A stretch of 64,000 bases of DNA from Hormiphora californensis (lineage: Eukaryota; Animalia; Ctenophora): NCBI GenBank assembly GCA_020137815.1, contig CM035355.1, forward strand, positions 3,596,001-3,660,000, in the 5' to 3' direction. A program made the translations under genes and the position numbers. Under the pieces are notes generated by a model that was not told where the DNA came from, searched no databases, and was given only the letters and a program-made list of their open reading frames with translations. Shown here piece by piece: positions 13,501 through 24,640 of the stretch (the first letter of the stretch is position 1; every line of letters begins with the position of its first letter).

Positions 13501-16500
13501 AAATAAGGTTAAAATCAATGATGGTCGATGCCAATTTCAATCTTCTACCCCACATTGAAATCATATATATGAGGACCCTCGGCCGGACAACACCACGCAC
13601 AACAAACTCAGAAGTGAGATAGTGAGAACATGGTATTGTGTGTCACAGAACATGTAACTAACCAGGAACCGAACGACACAAGTAAACAACCAATCAGAAC
13701 TCGTTATTTAGGTCACGTGACTGGTTATCAGCCAATCAGGGACAAGTATTGCCTGATTCGGTCGGTTCCTGCATGAAACTGTACAGATCGTGTAACTAAC
13801 CCAGATAGACAGTATTTGTGTCGTACTCTTTGAACGCCTCCTGATTGTGTTCCTCGATACTTGCCATACCGGGAAACTTGAAGGGATACGCTAGGAACCC
13901 CATGTGCAGAATCTCATTTTGTTTTGGAAGAGGAACCTGCGGAGAGAGACAGAGGGTAGATATTTTGGGTGTATAACTTGTGTGTTTGTGTGCAGTGTGT
14001 GTTTGCAGAACTTGTCTGTCAGTAAACCTTGCTTGTCCAGTTCAGTAGTCCCGTGTCTTGTCTGTGTGTTTGTCTGTCAGTAAACCTTGCTTGTCCAGTT
14101 CAGTAGTCCCGTGTCTTGTCTGTCTGTGAGTTTGTCTGTCAGTAAACCTGGCCTTGCTAGTCTTCAGCAGTCCCATGTCTTGTCTGTGTGTTTGTTTGTC
14201 TGGCAGTAAACCTTGCTTGTCTTCAGTAGTCCCGTGTCTTGTCTGTGTGTTTGTTTGTTTGTTAGTAAACCTTGCTAGTCTTCATTGTCAGATTACGCGA
14301 CCCTCCTCCGGTCCGGTGCGAAGCGAGGGTTACGGAAGTAACAAAGTCTTCAGTAGTCCCATGTCTTGTCTGTGTGTTTGTTTGTCTGTCAGTAAACCTT
14401 GTTTGTCCAGTTCAGTAGTCCCATGTCAACACATTACCATTTCAGTGTAATGTATCGTCACCTCATTACCATTTCAGTGTAATGTATCGTCACCTCATTA
14501 CCATTTCAGTGTAATGTATCGTCAACTCATTACCATTTCAGTGTAATGTATCGTCACCTCATTACCATTTCAGTGTAATGTATCGTCACCTCATTACCAT
14601 TTCAGTGTAATGTATCGTCACCTCATTACCATTTCAGTGTAATGTATCGTCACCTCATTACCATTTCAGTGTAATGTATCGTTCCTTGTCAACTCATTAC
14701 CATTTCAGTGTAATGTATCGTCAACTCATTACCATTTCAGTGTAATGTATCGTTCCTTGTCAACTCATTACCATTTCAGTGTAATGTATCGTTCCTTGTC
14801 ACCTCATTACCATTTCAGTGTAATGTATCGTCACCTCATTACCATTTCAGTGTAATGTATCGTCAACTCATTACCATTTCAGTGTAATGTATCGTCAACT
14901 CATTACCATTTCAGTGTAATGTATCGTCAACTCATTACCATTTCAGTGTAATGTATCGTGTCAACTCATTACCATTTCAGTGTAATGTATCGTCAACTCA
15001 TTACCATTTCAGTGTAATGTATCGTCAACTCATTACCATTTCAGTGTAATGTATCGTTCCTTGTCAACTCATTACCATTTCAGTGTAATGTATCGTCAAC
15101 TCATTACCATTTCAGTGTAATGTATCGTGTCAACTCATTACCATTTCAGTGTAATGTATCGTCAACTCATTACCATTTCAGTGTAATGTATCGTCAACTC
15201 ATTACCATTTCAGTGTAATGTATCGTTCCTTGTCAACTCATTACCATTTCAGTGTAATGTATCGTCAACTCATTACCATTTCAGTGTAATGTATCGTCAA
15301 CTCATTACCATTTCAGTGTAATGTATCGTCAACTCATTACCATTTCAGTGTAATGTATCGTCACCACATTACCATTTCAGTGTAATGTATCGTCACCTCA
15401 TTACCATTTCAGTGTAATGTATCGTTCCTTGTCAACTCATTACCATTTCAGTGTAATGTATCGTTCCTTCATTCCCGTAATCCACAAACTGCACCTTCAC
15501 GTTCCCCTCTTGATTTACTACACCACGCGTTAGACACCTGGAAAACCGGTTAGGAATAAGCAAAGAGACTACCACCCCCTCCCAATAACATTATAGGTCT
15601 CACCTACAAAAACGGTATTCAGTTAATATCCCGAACTAACTCTATAATTTCCTTACCTTGACCAGGCGTTTTGGTAGAATGCAGCGTAGAGGGTGAACCG
15701 GCGGACCATCTCGGTGGCTTTGTGGAGCTTCGGACAAACCTGTGTGTAATAGGCGAGTTAGAATGTGTTTGTGCATATAAAGCCAGAAAGAATTAGATAT
15801 AGAGGGACCAACAATCAAGTGATTTTTTGGACCACCGGCCCTCCCCTCTGGCCGTAATGTGAGAAATATTGAAGTAATGTGACCCACCACCAATACAGCA
15901 TAGAGGGTGAACCGGTAATAGCATACCTGCTCCAGTTCAGAGTTTAACTGTCGGGTTATTTGGTAGGCATTCTCGCTAAGAATCTGAGCGTAGAAGGTAC
16001 ACGCACTGGCCTGGTATGTGATCATCAGTTTTATCTCGGCAACCCCTGGCTTCACTTTGGGATTGTGTTGGTTGCCATGGTGAAACTGTTGGCTGCCATG
16101 GTAAAACTGTTGGTTACCATGGTGATTGTGTTGGTTACCATGGTGGTTATGTTGGTTGCCATGGTGGTTATGTTGGTTGCCATGGTGGTTCTGTTGGTTG
16201 CCATGGTGGTTCTGTTGGTTGCCATGGTAATGCTGGCTGTGTCGATCCGGGCTGTTTTTATTGTGCCAGGTTTTGCTGAAACAGGACAAAATTATTAACC
16301 CATTAATTATCGAGGATCTAATTTCTTTTATAATTTAGTACTGCCAATTAACTAATTAGTTAACTAACTAATTGGTTAATTACAAATACAAACACCAGTG
16401 TTTGTATTTGTACAGTACTCCAGGGAAATTTCATTGCCCTGTCGAGTTCTCCTGAGGACACAATCCCCACAAATCAGTAATTGGTTAATTATGTACTTAC

Positions 16501-16556
16501 TGGGAGGTGGGAGAGAATGACCGTCGGTTGCCCTCTTTGTGAGCTGGACCCATCAT
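6684..16556 (-). CDS. STK31/TDRD8-like Tudor protein: N/Q/H low-complexity N-terminus, extended Tudor domain, coiled coil, degenerate kinase N-lobe; exons ~16556-16501, 16275-15927, 15739-15657, 15537-15444, 13936-13801, 13484-13339, 13142-12963, 12862-12308, 7942-7701, 7597-7345, 7215-7099, 6952-6684
   Basis: Spliced Tudor core ITYQASACTFYAQ...YAAFYQNAWSRC...VKVQFVDYGN...VPLP. Junction phases are compatible, including across the 4.4-kb intron (IG|EAYQ). PEL..YPNLSGTGL...VYFVEYNL resembles the pre-kinase segment of STK31 as I recall it. Confidence 0.68.
8455..9748. repeat. 23/24-bp minisatellite (ctggaacggggtcagctgtcttct variants), about 55 units, intronic
   Basis: Directly visible; explains three overlapping spurious + strand ORFs. 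Confidence 0.92.
10205..10797. repeat. Garbled (GA)n/(CT)n/(GC)-rich microsatellite tract, probably low consensus quality
   Basis: Irregular dinucleotide runs with no stable period. Confidence 0.7.
10975..12106. mobile_element. Foldback/MITE with poly-G/poly-C termini, arms of 10-bp satellite (tgttacaaag/tgttacatag) and 6-bp TSD aattaa
   Basis: gggg..gtgacacgtaacactttg vs caaagtgttacgtgtcacccc. Inner IR ggatttgtagcgaagca / tgcttcgctacaaatcc. An uninterrupted neighbouring repeat copy (gactctaattaacaatga, ~12170) shows the empty site. Confidence 0.85.
13663..13771. mobile_element. ~110-bp MITE (caggaaccga...tcggttcctg) with CCAAT and CACGTG core
   Basis: 10-bp TIR seen directly; matches a high-copy repeat I recall from Pleurobrachia sequences. 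Confidence 0.75.
14008..14426. repeat. ~62-bp degenerate tandem repeat (cagtaaaccttgcttgtccagttcagtagtcccgtgtcttgtctgtgtg)
   Basis: About 6 units visible. Confidence 0.8.
14430..15468. repeat. 32/34/39-bp minisatellite, about 30 units, derived from a Tudor exon end plus its 5' splice site
   Basis: Unit tcattaccatttcagtgtaatgtatcgtcaac; on the minus strand it reads gatacattacactgaaatg|gtaatga. Confidence 0.93.
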
Positions 16557-16670
16557 ATTTCCAGCTAAAACATGACATGCTGTCACACACTAAAGTATAA
16601 AATCACAAATAAAAAACAAAATAGTACACCTCAACACATGTGTGTGAACACACTGTCTCTCTGATCTCAG

Positions 16671-17249
16671 TTAATTTCCCATATAATCAAGTTCTTCTTC
16701 CTCCTCCTGATCATCCTCCAGTTGCCCTACTAACTTGTCTCCCAGCAACTCTTCAATTGGTTTAGGGGCTACCCAGAGAGCCAGTTGGAGACACTGTTCT
16801 CGAATGTGATTGGAGATAAAGGCTTGCTCCAAATTAGGTCTCCTCGCACTCATATCCACGTTAACATTAACATTTGTAATCTGATGGTCATCTGAAGATG
16901 TCTCATGATCTGCTATCTGATCTGTCATGTGATCTACTGGATCAGCTGAGGAGGTGGCATCAAGTCTCTCCCTCTTAGCGGATATCCACAGACTACTACT
17001 CATTTGATCCGCCATCTCGCTATCCACACGGCGCCGTTTGGCCGTGTACACTGAGTCCACTTCCTGAATGGGAGGGAGACGGTTTCTCTTGCTCCCTGCT
17101 CCCCCTCTTGGGGTTGACATGAAGGGTTTGGCGAACAACTCGGAAGTCTTGTCAAGGTGCATGCGTTTGAGTAATGTCATGATTTTGTTGGGGGAGTGAT
17201 CCATCTCTTCTATGCCCCTCTTTTTGGCGAGAGGTACGGTTCCATCCAT
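16671..17249 (-). CDS. 192-aa single-exon protein, possibly CCDC117-like
   Basis: Clean ORF downstream of acceptor ttttacag (~17305); basic clusters (AKRRRV), C-terminal CLQLALWVAP and acidic tail. Family call is weak. Confidence 0.55.
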   Translation of the reverse strand: MDGTVPLAKKRGIEEMDHSPNKIMTLLKRMHLDKTSELFAKPFMSTPRGGAGSKRNRLPPIQEVDSVYTAKRRRVDSEMADQMSSSLWISAKRERLDATSSADPVDHMTDQIADHETSSDDHQITNVNVNVDMSARRPNLEQAFISNHIREQCLQLALWVAPKPIEELLGDKLVGQLEDDQEEEEELDYMGN

Positions 17250-17722
17250 TCATTCTACCTCCCTATCAACTCTTTGTTGGAAGTGGGCCTGACACATGTT
17301 CTATCTGTAAAAGGAGGGTATTGATTGAGATAGGATGGTGGGTATTATAGGAATTGGGGACTAGGAAAGACTCTTTTGACACTGTGTCTAGTAAAACAGG
17401 GAGGTACAAGGGAGAAGGGATTGAAGTCAAGAAAATGGGTCTGGGATGTTAAAAATCATGATAGGATGATAAATGGACAAAGAGGAACAAAATTATAAAT
17501 TATGCAGCACATACAGAATGCAAAAATATACACAGTTATAATATTCTCTTCTTCTGCACACCTCTCTCTCATTTTCGAAAATTCATAAACTCTCACTCGC
17601 TTATTCCCTCGACTAAACATATTATATGCGTTTCTTCAATTAAATTGTTTCAATCAATAAAATATAATAATATCTATAATAATAGCATGATATGTATATC
17701 TAATATGTCAGGAATGACCGGG

Positions 17723-19573
17723 TCAACTATAATGGTCCATCATGTTAACAGGTCGCCTTCTACCTGGGTGTGGTGGCGGTCCACTCATAGGTCCCATATG
17801 GGGCGGGGGTCTCATATACCGCTGGAGATGTGGGTAGGAGGGTGGTCCACCCCTAGGTCCACCTCTAGGCGGGTACATCGGTGGAGGGCCCATCATCCCC
17901 GACCTGTGGTGGTGATGCCCAAACTGGGATGGTGGTGGCCCATGGTACCTGGGTCCTCCCCCTCCCCGGGGTGGGCCGTAGTACCCTTCCCCACCTGGAG
18001 GAGGGTGATGACGGTGATGTGGATATCCACCTGGCTCGAAGTGGTCCTCAGGTGGGTACTGATCATGATGATTGTTATTGTTCTCCTCCTTCCATTCTCC
18101 CTCCTCCACCTCCTCTCCTTCCTCACCCTCTTCCTTCTCTGGTGGTGGTGCTGTCTGTTCACCCTCCTCTTCTTCTTCCTCCATCTCCTCCTTCTTCTCA
18201 CAGGACGCCCGACTCCGATGGCACAGCTTGCATTGTGTTGCCCGGGGTGACTGAGCCTTTTCACAGAACCTGCACCGCCATGTCCCATCACTTGGTGACT
18301 TATCAGGTTTAGCGCCCAGTGGTGTGAGACATCTCGAACACTGTTTTTTAGATTTCGGGTTCTTAGTTTTACAAACGCTACATTGCACCGTAGCCTTGAC
18401 AGAATAGCTGTGCAGTACAGTCGGACCGTGTTTCTTGTATTGTACGTAGAGAGCAGCAACACACTTCCGAGGGGCATCACAGTCTTTACAGAAGTTTCTT
18501 AGCGCTATATTCTTGTAGTTACACGTCGGACATTTCCAATCCTCGGGAGTTATGAAGATATTGAGTTTCAGCTCGCTAGGTTTTACCTTTGAGGTGGGAG
18601 GAGCAGCAGCGGCACTACCCGAGGTGGCACTAGGGGGACCGGGAGGGTGTGGATGACTGAGAGGGTGTCTTCTTCTTGGGAATCTTTGCAGGTGGAGGAG
18701 GTTGCTGTTTACTGGGTGAGTGAGATATTTTCCGTTTTGTTGGAGTTGTAGGGGGCAGGTCCGCTCCGCACAGCAGACACGTGGCTCGGGAGACATCATT
18801 GGTAAACTTACAACTCCGGCACGCAGCTGATGCATTACCCCCACTCTCCCCCGGCTTAGCATGACACTTGTAACAGTGGGTACGTTTCACGTAGTTAGCT
18901 GAGGTACATCCCGCACAGTCCCAGTTATCTTCACGGCACGGTATGGAAGGGGAGCGGGGTGTGCCACACTGGAAACAGTGGGGTCCATGAGATGTCTTGT
19001 ATAGACACTTCCCGCACTCCCAATACGGCCGTTCTCCCTGGCCGCTTTCTTGTCATTTGCTGCACACGTTCCACACAGTTTCGTGGTAAAGGGTATCTGT
19101 GATTTGCACCGGGGGCATGTCCACATATCAGGGGTTACAACACGTGGTTTGTCGCAACGGTAACACTCTGTATTGTTCCCGCTGTTCTCCGAGGAGCACC
19201 CTCTACAGATCCAGGGGGAGGCGGTGGAGCTGCCGTTAGTGGCCGCTACCCGGGCTGCCAGAGGAGGGGAGAGCAGGGGAGATAGTGGTGGGGGTGCCTC
19301 CAGGACTTGCGGGCTGTCTGGTGGGGAGTCTTCCAGGGGAATGGTTGGGCTCGGTGGGGTCCGGGGTCCGCCGTGGTGGTCCATGGCAGGGGGTGTCCGG
19401 GGTCCGCCAGGATGGTCCATGTCAGGGGGTGTCCGGGGGCCAGGTTTGATAGCGAAACAAGAGTAACAGGAGGGCCGCTCAGCGATGTTGGATTCTCCAC
19501 ATTCGTCACATTTCCATTGTTCTGGTTCAAACATGTCAGGGACTCCCTCAGCTGATCTGGTTGCTATGGGCAC
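17723..19573 (-). CDS. RanBP2-type ZnF array protein F (9 fingers, PRTPP repeats, acidic stretch, P/G/H-rich tail); needs two compensating frameshifts (~19040, ~18635). Start may be ATG ~19534 (MFEPEQW)
   Basis: W-x-C-x2-C-x9/10-C-x2-C units: 3 in ORF 18887-19573, 3 in the adjacent frame (WECGKC, WDCAGC, AACRSC), 3 in ORF 17723-18862. Confidence 0.75.
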
Positions 19574-19948
19574 TTGTTGCTAGGGACTCCCTCAGCTGAT
19601 CTGGTTGCTATGGGCACTTGTTGCTAGGGACTCCCTCTAGTTGCTATGGGCACGCTATGGGCACTTCCAATGGCTGTCAGGGACTCCCTCCGGTTGCTAT
19701 GGGGGTTAGACAGCTACGCTAATAACATGGCTACAGAGGGGAGAGAGAGGGATGTGTTAGAGATGGAGATATAGGAGGGGGCTGGGATTTATAACCTGGA
19801 AAATGGCAAGGTACGGTGGTTTGGTTTGTCCTTTTGAGGGGAAACGCAAAAGAGATGGGGTTCATGAAGGATAAATTGAGCTACCTTTAAAATAAACAAA
19901 TTCACAACAAATCACTATAATATATAATTCAGTCTGGGAGAGTTTAAA

Positions 19949-21328
19949 CTATTCAGCCGTTGCCACGGTAACCTCATCCCCCTGTTCCCTAGTACCTCCC
20001 TTCTCCTCACCTCCTTCCCTCCTTGTTACCTCACACTCAGACTTCTCCCTATGGCACCGGAAGCACGATGTCCTTTTTGTAAAGTTATTGATGTTACACG
20101 TCCCACACAACCAATCATTCGTCTTGTCCTCCTCGACCCACTTTTTCCTGGGTTTGGTGAAAGTACCATCCCAGGTCTTCTCCCGGGCACTAGGATACGG
20201 TTCATACCTTCCGGGCATTCTAGTCGACTGGCCTCCCATGAGGGGTCTCCTCGGTGATATTCTTGGCTGGATACCAGTTTCAGCAGGATTATCAAACTTA
20301 ACAGTTTTATCTTCCACAGAACTGCGTGGTTCATTGCACTTGTTACAATTACTCCGTTTGGCCCAATTCCGGTTTTGACAGGAAGTACAAAGCCAATCCT
20401 TGGACCGGTCCTCTGGTTTATCCATCCTCGTCCTGTCAGCAGATCTGTCACGGGCAGCTCGTTCAGGGTGAGGTTGAATCTCTCCACTCCTGGGCGGCAC
20501 CCAGTCTCCACTCCTGGGCGGCACCCAGTCTCCACTCCTCGACCAGGAGGATGTCTGATCACCGTGTCGCCATGACGACGAGGTAGACTCTGGTTGGGGA
20601 TTCTCGACACAACACTTCTCTTTGGGAAGCTTGCACTTGTTGCACTCCTGACGGGACGCGAAGTTCCTGTTCCCACACTCTCCACAGTTCCAATCAAAGG
20701 TTTGGTCCTCCACTTTACCCCCGGGGTACCTGATTATCACTCTACTCGCCGGGTGCTGATCCTGTCTTGTCGGAGGGGGAGGGGCAGCACGATACCGTGG
20801 AGTAGTGCTATAATGGTCGGCTGGATCGGACCTGGCCGGCGGGGGCTGGGTATAGGAGGGAACCTGACCTCGAGTATTGGAATTATAGGAATGAGGTGCC
20901 TGATATACCTGCTCTCTACCTGTACTGAATGTCCTCTGAAGAGACTCAGCACTACCTCCTCCTGCTCTCATCTCAGCCCTCCTGTTCCGTACCTCAACCC
21001 TCTCCCTGTGTCCCGAACACTCGAAACAAAGAAGACGTTTAGGGGTGTTCTCATAATCACACATTCCACACAACCAAGGTATTTCCTCAACTGTGGTTGC
21101 CATGGTTACCACAGCATTATTGGTTGGCGTTGCCATGGTAACTGTAGGGAGGGGCGCTGGTTGGCAATATTGGCACGTTGCAGATGTGTTGACTACCAGG
21201 CACGTGGGACAGGTCCAGGGAGCTGTGGTTTGGAGGGTGGGGCACGCAATACAGGTCTCTCGGGAGGAGTGGTTACTGGTACCACATACATCACACCTCC
21301 ACATGATAGAGGGAGCCAGTTGTTCCAT
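19949..21328 (-). CDS. RanBP2-type ZnF array protein E (6 fingers; internal PY-NLS-like RMPGRYEPY)
   Basis: WRCDVC, WTCPTC, WLCGMC, WNCGECGNRNFASRQEC, WLCTSCQNRNWAKRSNC, WLCGTCNINNFTKRTSC. Confidence 0.88.
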   Translation of the reverse strand: MEQLAPSIMWRCDVCGTSNHSSRETCIACPTLQTTAPWTCPTCLVVNTSATCQYCQPAPLPTVTMATPTNNAVVTMATTVEEIPWLCGMCDYENTPKRLLCFECSGHRERVEVRNRRAEMRAGGGSAESLQRTFSTGREQVYQAPHSYNSNTRGQVPSYTQPPPARSDPADHYSTTPRYRAAPPPPTRQDQHPASRVIIRYPGGKVEDQTFDWNCGECGNRNFASRQECNKCKLPKEKCCVENPQPESTSSSWRHGDQTSSWSRSGDWVPPRSGDWVPPRSGEIQPHPERAARDRSADRTRMDKPEDRSKDWLCTSCQNRNWAKRSNCNKCNEPRSSVEDKTVKFDNPAETGIQPRISPRRPLMGGQSTRMPGRYEPYPSAREKTWDGTFTKPRKKWVEEDKTNDWLCGTCNINNFTKRTSCFRCHREKSECEVTRREGGEEKGGTREQGDEVTVATAE

Positions 21329-21835
21329 TAAGCAGGGAGGGAGGTTCTTTGTTGCTAATTGAGAGAGGGTTATGTTGCTAATTGAGAGAGGACTGGTTAG
21401 CGGGTTATCTTACTAATTGAGAGATAGAAATTAGGACCGGGTGTCTTCAGGGGAGAGGGAAGTGACCTTTTGCCGGCAATTTACAAAGAGAGATGGGTGT
21501 CGTGTATGCCAGATGCCTGCATAGACAAGGGAATTCGGAGGGGGGGGGTTATGGTAGAGACACCGGAATTAAAACCTGGAAGACCTACAAAAAGGGGTGA
21601 GGACTAAGGCACGATACTCGAAGGGTGAAGGGACTTCCTTCAAGGGAGGGAGTTAGGGAATCAAAATAGAGGGAGTTAGGGAGTAAGGGAATTAAAATAG
21701 AGGGAGGGAATTAGGGAATCACCATTCAAGGTATTTTTAAAATGTAGCAGATATTCAACAGGAATATTTCAACAAAATAATAGCAACTCACTCAGTCACA
21801 CTTTCTGTTTCTCTCTCTCTCTCTCTCTCTCTCCC

Positions 21836-21869
<34 letters not shown>

Positions 21870-22018
21870 CCTCTCAACAGACACACACAAACAGACAAAC
21901 AAAGTATATCTGTACCTGATTCGTAAAAACTGTGCAAAAATACACGCCAGCTCTGCCGCCGTGAGTCATCATCAACATCATCAACATCATCAACATCTAC
22001 ATCATCTGAAACAGCCCC

Positions 22019-22681
22019 CTACTTCCTGTCCCCACACCTAAAGCACTCTGTTCTCCTAGCAAAATTGTCTTTTCCGCATGACCGGCACAACCAATCACCC
22101 TCCCTCATCTCCCTATCACCACCACCACCACGGTGATCCCTATCACCCCCGCCTCCTCCCCGGTAATCCCTATCACCACCCCGGTAGTTATCTCCACCCC
22201 GGCTTCCCCCGCGGTTGTGATCACACTTGAAACAGCTGCTACGGCGGGCAAAGTTATCAAATCCACACTTGTAACACCGCCAATCACCGGGCCTCGCTTG
22301 GTACCTATTCCGGGGGGACCTGGACCGGGAGTGGTTTCTGCCGCCGCGGTCCCGGGAACGGGATCTATCCCGTCCTCTGTGCCCTCCTCCTCGGGATGAA
22401 GACCGGGACGAGGAAGAAGAACTGGAACTGGAGCTACGGGGGGATTTATCTTTCCTCTCTTTCCTATCACCACCACCACCTTTAGCTGTGTCACATTTGA
22501 AACACCGCTCACGTCTGGAGAAGTTGTGCCCGGAGCACTTCTTGCACTCCCAATCGCCATCACGGAACTCTTGTTTGAACTCCCTGGGCTCGTTTCGATC
22601 TCCTCCACTCTCTCTGCGTCGAGCGGTACGGTGATCACCGCCCGATTGGAACCAATCGTCATCTCTTCTCCTACTACCCAT
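22019..22681 (-). CDS. RanBP2-type ZnF protein D (3 RNA-binding-type fingers, RS and RGG linkers)
   Basis: GDWxCxxCxxxNF(S/A)RRxxCFxC x3; RSRSRSPR; acceptor tttctag 1 nt before the ATG. Confidence 0.9.
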   Translation of the reverse strand: MGSRRRDDDWFQSGGDHRTARRRESGGDRNEPREFKQEFRDGDWECKKCSGHNFSRRERCFKCDTAKGGGGDRKERKDKSPRSSSSSSSSSSRSSSRGGGHRGRDRSRSRDRGGRNHSRSRSPRNRYQARPGDWRCYKCGFDNFARRSSCFKCDHNRGGSRGGDNYRGGDRDYRGGGGGDRDHRGGGGDREMREGDWLCRSCGKDNFARRTECFRCGDRK

Positions 22682-22754
22682 TCTAGAAAAGAGAGGATGG
22701 GAAAGGTTATTTTAAATTAAGTTTTGTGTCATTGAAAAGAGAATTGTAACAATC

Positions 22755-22850
22755 AGGGAAATAGTCGTTGGGGGTCGACTAACTAGGGAAATAGTCGTTG
22801 GGGGTTGACTAACTAGGGAAATAGTCGTTGGGGGTTGACTAACTAGGGAA
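22755..22850. repeat. 30-bp tandem repeat x3
   Basis: agggaaatagtcgttgggggttgactaact. Confidence 0.85.
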
Positions 22851-23426
22851 CTACCCACCTTGTGGTAGAAACCCGCCGAACCCCACCACCACCACTACCG
22901 ACCAGAAGCCGCTCTGGAGACCTCCACCACCACCTTACCACTGGGGCTAGAGACCTCCATTACTGCGCCGCCAGCCGTGATTTTCGCGCCACCCCGCCCC
23001 AGGCCGCCGATGCCCCTACCCCAGACCTCGTGACTGCCGAGGTAGCACCTCCTGTCCCAACCCCAGTGCCGTGCGCCTTCAGAGGTAAAACCTCCAATGA
23101 ACCGGCCCCGACCCCTGATCCAGTAGACCCCAACCCCATCCGAGGAGACGAAACCTCCAATTCGGAGTCCAAAGTTTTTCCAAAGACCGAGTCCGAAACC
23201 TTTAGAATATTGGAACCTCGGTCCTCGGTGCCACAATCCCCACCACCACCACCTTCCAACCCTGTGCCCCAGTGAACCTAGTAGAAACAAAGAGGGATAA
23301 GTTATAAAATTAAAGCAAGGATATAATAAACATGGACAAGGGGAGATATTTCAGCAAGAGAGATAGAGTGTTTGTTTAACAATATATATGGGATAAAAAC
23401 CGTTCTGCACGCACACACCGATTACT

Positions 23427-24050
23427 CTACTTCGGTTCCCCACATTTGTAGCACTCCTTCCTCCGTGCGAAGTTGTTCACTTGGCAGCTACTGCACTCCC
23501 AGTCACCCTCTCTCACCTCACCTCCTCCACCACCACCACCACCCATCCTGCCGCCACCTCCACCACCACCTCCTCGCCTAGAGTGCTGGCACCGGAAACA
23601 CTCGTCACGCCGGGCAAAGTTCTGGGTACCACACTTGTAGCACTCCCAGTCACCCTCTCTCCACTCAGGGGCCCTCCTGGGACCATCATCCCGACCACCA
23701 CCATATCGGCCTGCTGGGGACCGGGACCTGTCCCTCCTTCCTCCCCTACTGTAGCCATCATCGTAGTCATCGTAGTGGCCCCGTCCTCCTCCGTAACCGC
23801 CATCTCGGTATCCACCTCCGTAGCCACCTCCGCCCCGCCCTCCACCATATCCACCTCCCCGTCCACCTCCAGACCTGTACCCACCTCCACCACCACCACC
23901 GCTACCATAGCCGCCGTCCCGGGGCACTTTGCACTCGAAACAGACGTCACGACGGGCGAAGTTGTTCATGTTGCACTCATAACAACGCCAATCACCGGGC
24001 CGGACTTCCTCTCGGCGTCCTGAGTCACGGTCCCCATATCGGTCACCCAT
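23427..24050 (-). CDS. RanBP2-type ZnF protein C (3 RNA-binding-type fingers, RGG/GY linkers)
   Basis: GDWxCxxCxxxNFARRxxC x3; RDRSRSP. Confidence 0.9.
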   Translation of the reverse strand: MGDRYGDRDSGRREEVRPGDWRCYECNMNNFARRDVCFECKVPRDGGYGSGGGGGGGYRSGGGRGGGYGGGRGGGGYGGGYRDGGYGGGRGHYDDYDDGYSRGGRRDRSRSPAGRYGGGRDDGPRRAPEWREGDWECYKCGTQNFARRDECFRCQHSRRGGGGGGGGRMGGGGGGGGEVREGDWECSSCQVNNFARRKECYKCGEPK

Positions 24051-24526
24051 AATGGTAGCTATTACAGGGGAGAGATAGGGGTTAGGTTTTGGGTTTAGGA
24101 AGGAAGGGGGGGTAAATTGGGAGGTAAATTCACGGGATATAATACAGGATGGGGAATCGTTGTTTGGGGAAGAGGAAATTACAGTCGGATTATTTTCTAA
24201 AAACCAATGAGGATGGGGGGCTCGATATATGTATGTCCGAGAGAGGGTCGGTTCCTGAACTGCTGGGTAAAAGAAAGATACATATCACGGATGGGGGGGC
24301 TCGATATATATATATATATGTATATTGGAGGGGGTACTGGGTGAAAGAAAGATCACGGATATCTTGGGATGTAGTTGTGTCAAATAAAAAAACAGAATTG
24401 CAACAAACAACCATGTGTGAGAGTCATATATAGGACGTGAAAACTTTATATATATAACATATATGACAACAACACGCGTACAAGCAAAAACAGTCACACA
24501 AACACACACTCTTAACATAAACTCTT

Positions 24527-24577
24527 ACACACACACACACACACACACACTCACACACACACACACACTCACACACA

Positions 24578-24640
<63 letters not shown>
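24527..24640. repeat. (CA)n microsatellite
   Basis: Directly visible. Confidence 0.95.

Noticed and set aside
14430-15468. CRISPR-like 32-bp repeat array
   Set aside because: Units are contiguous with no unique spacers, the context is eukaryotic and there are no cas genes
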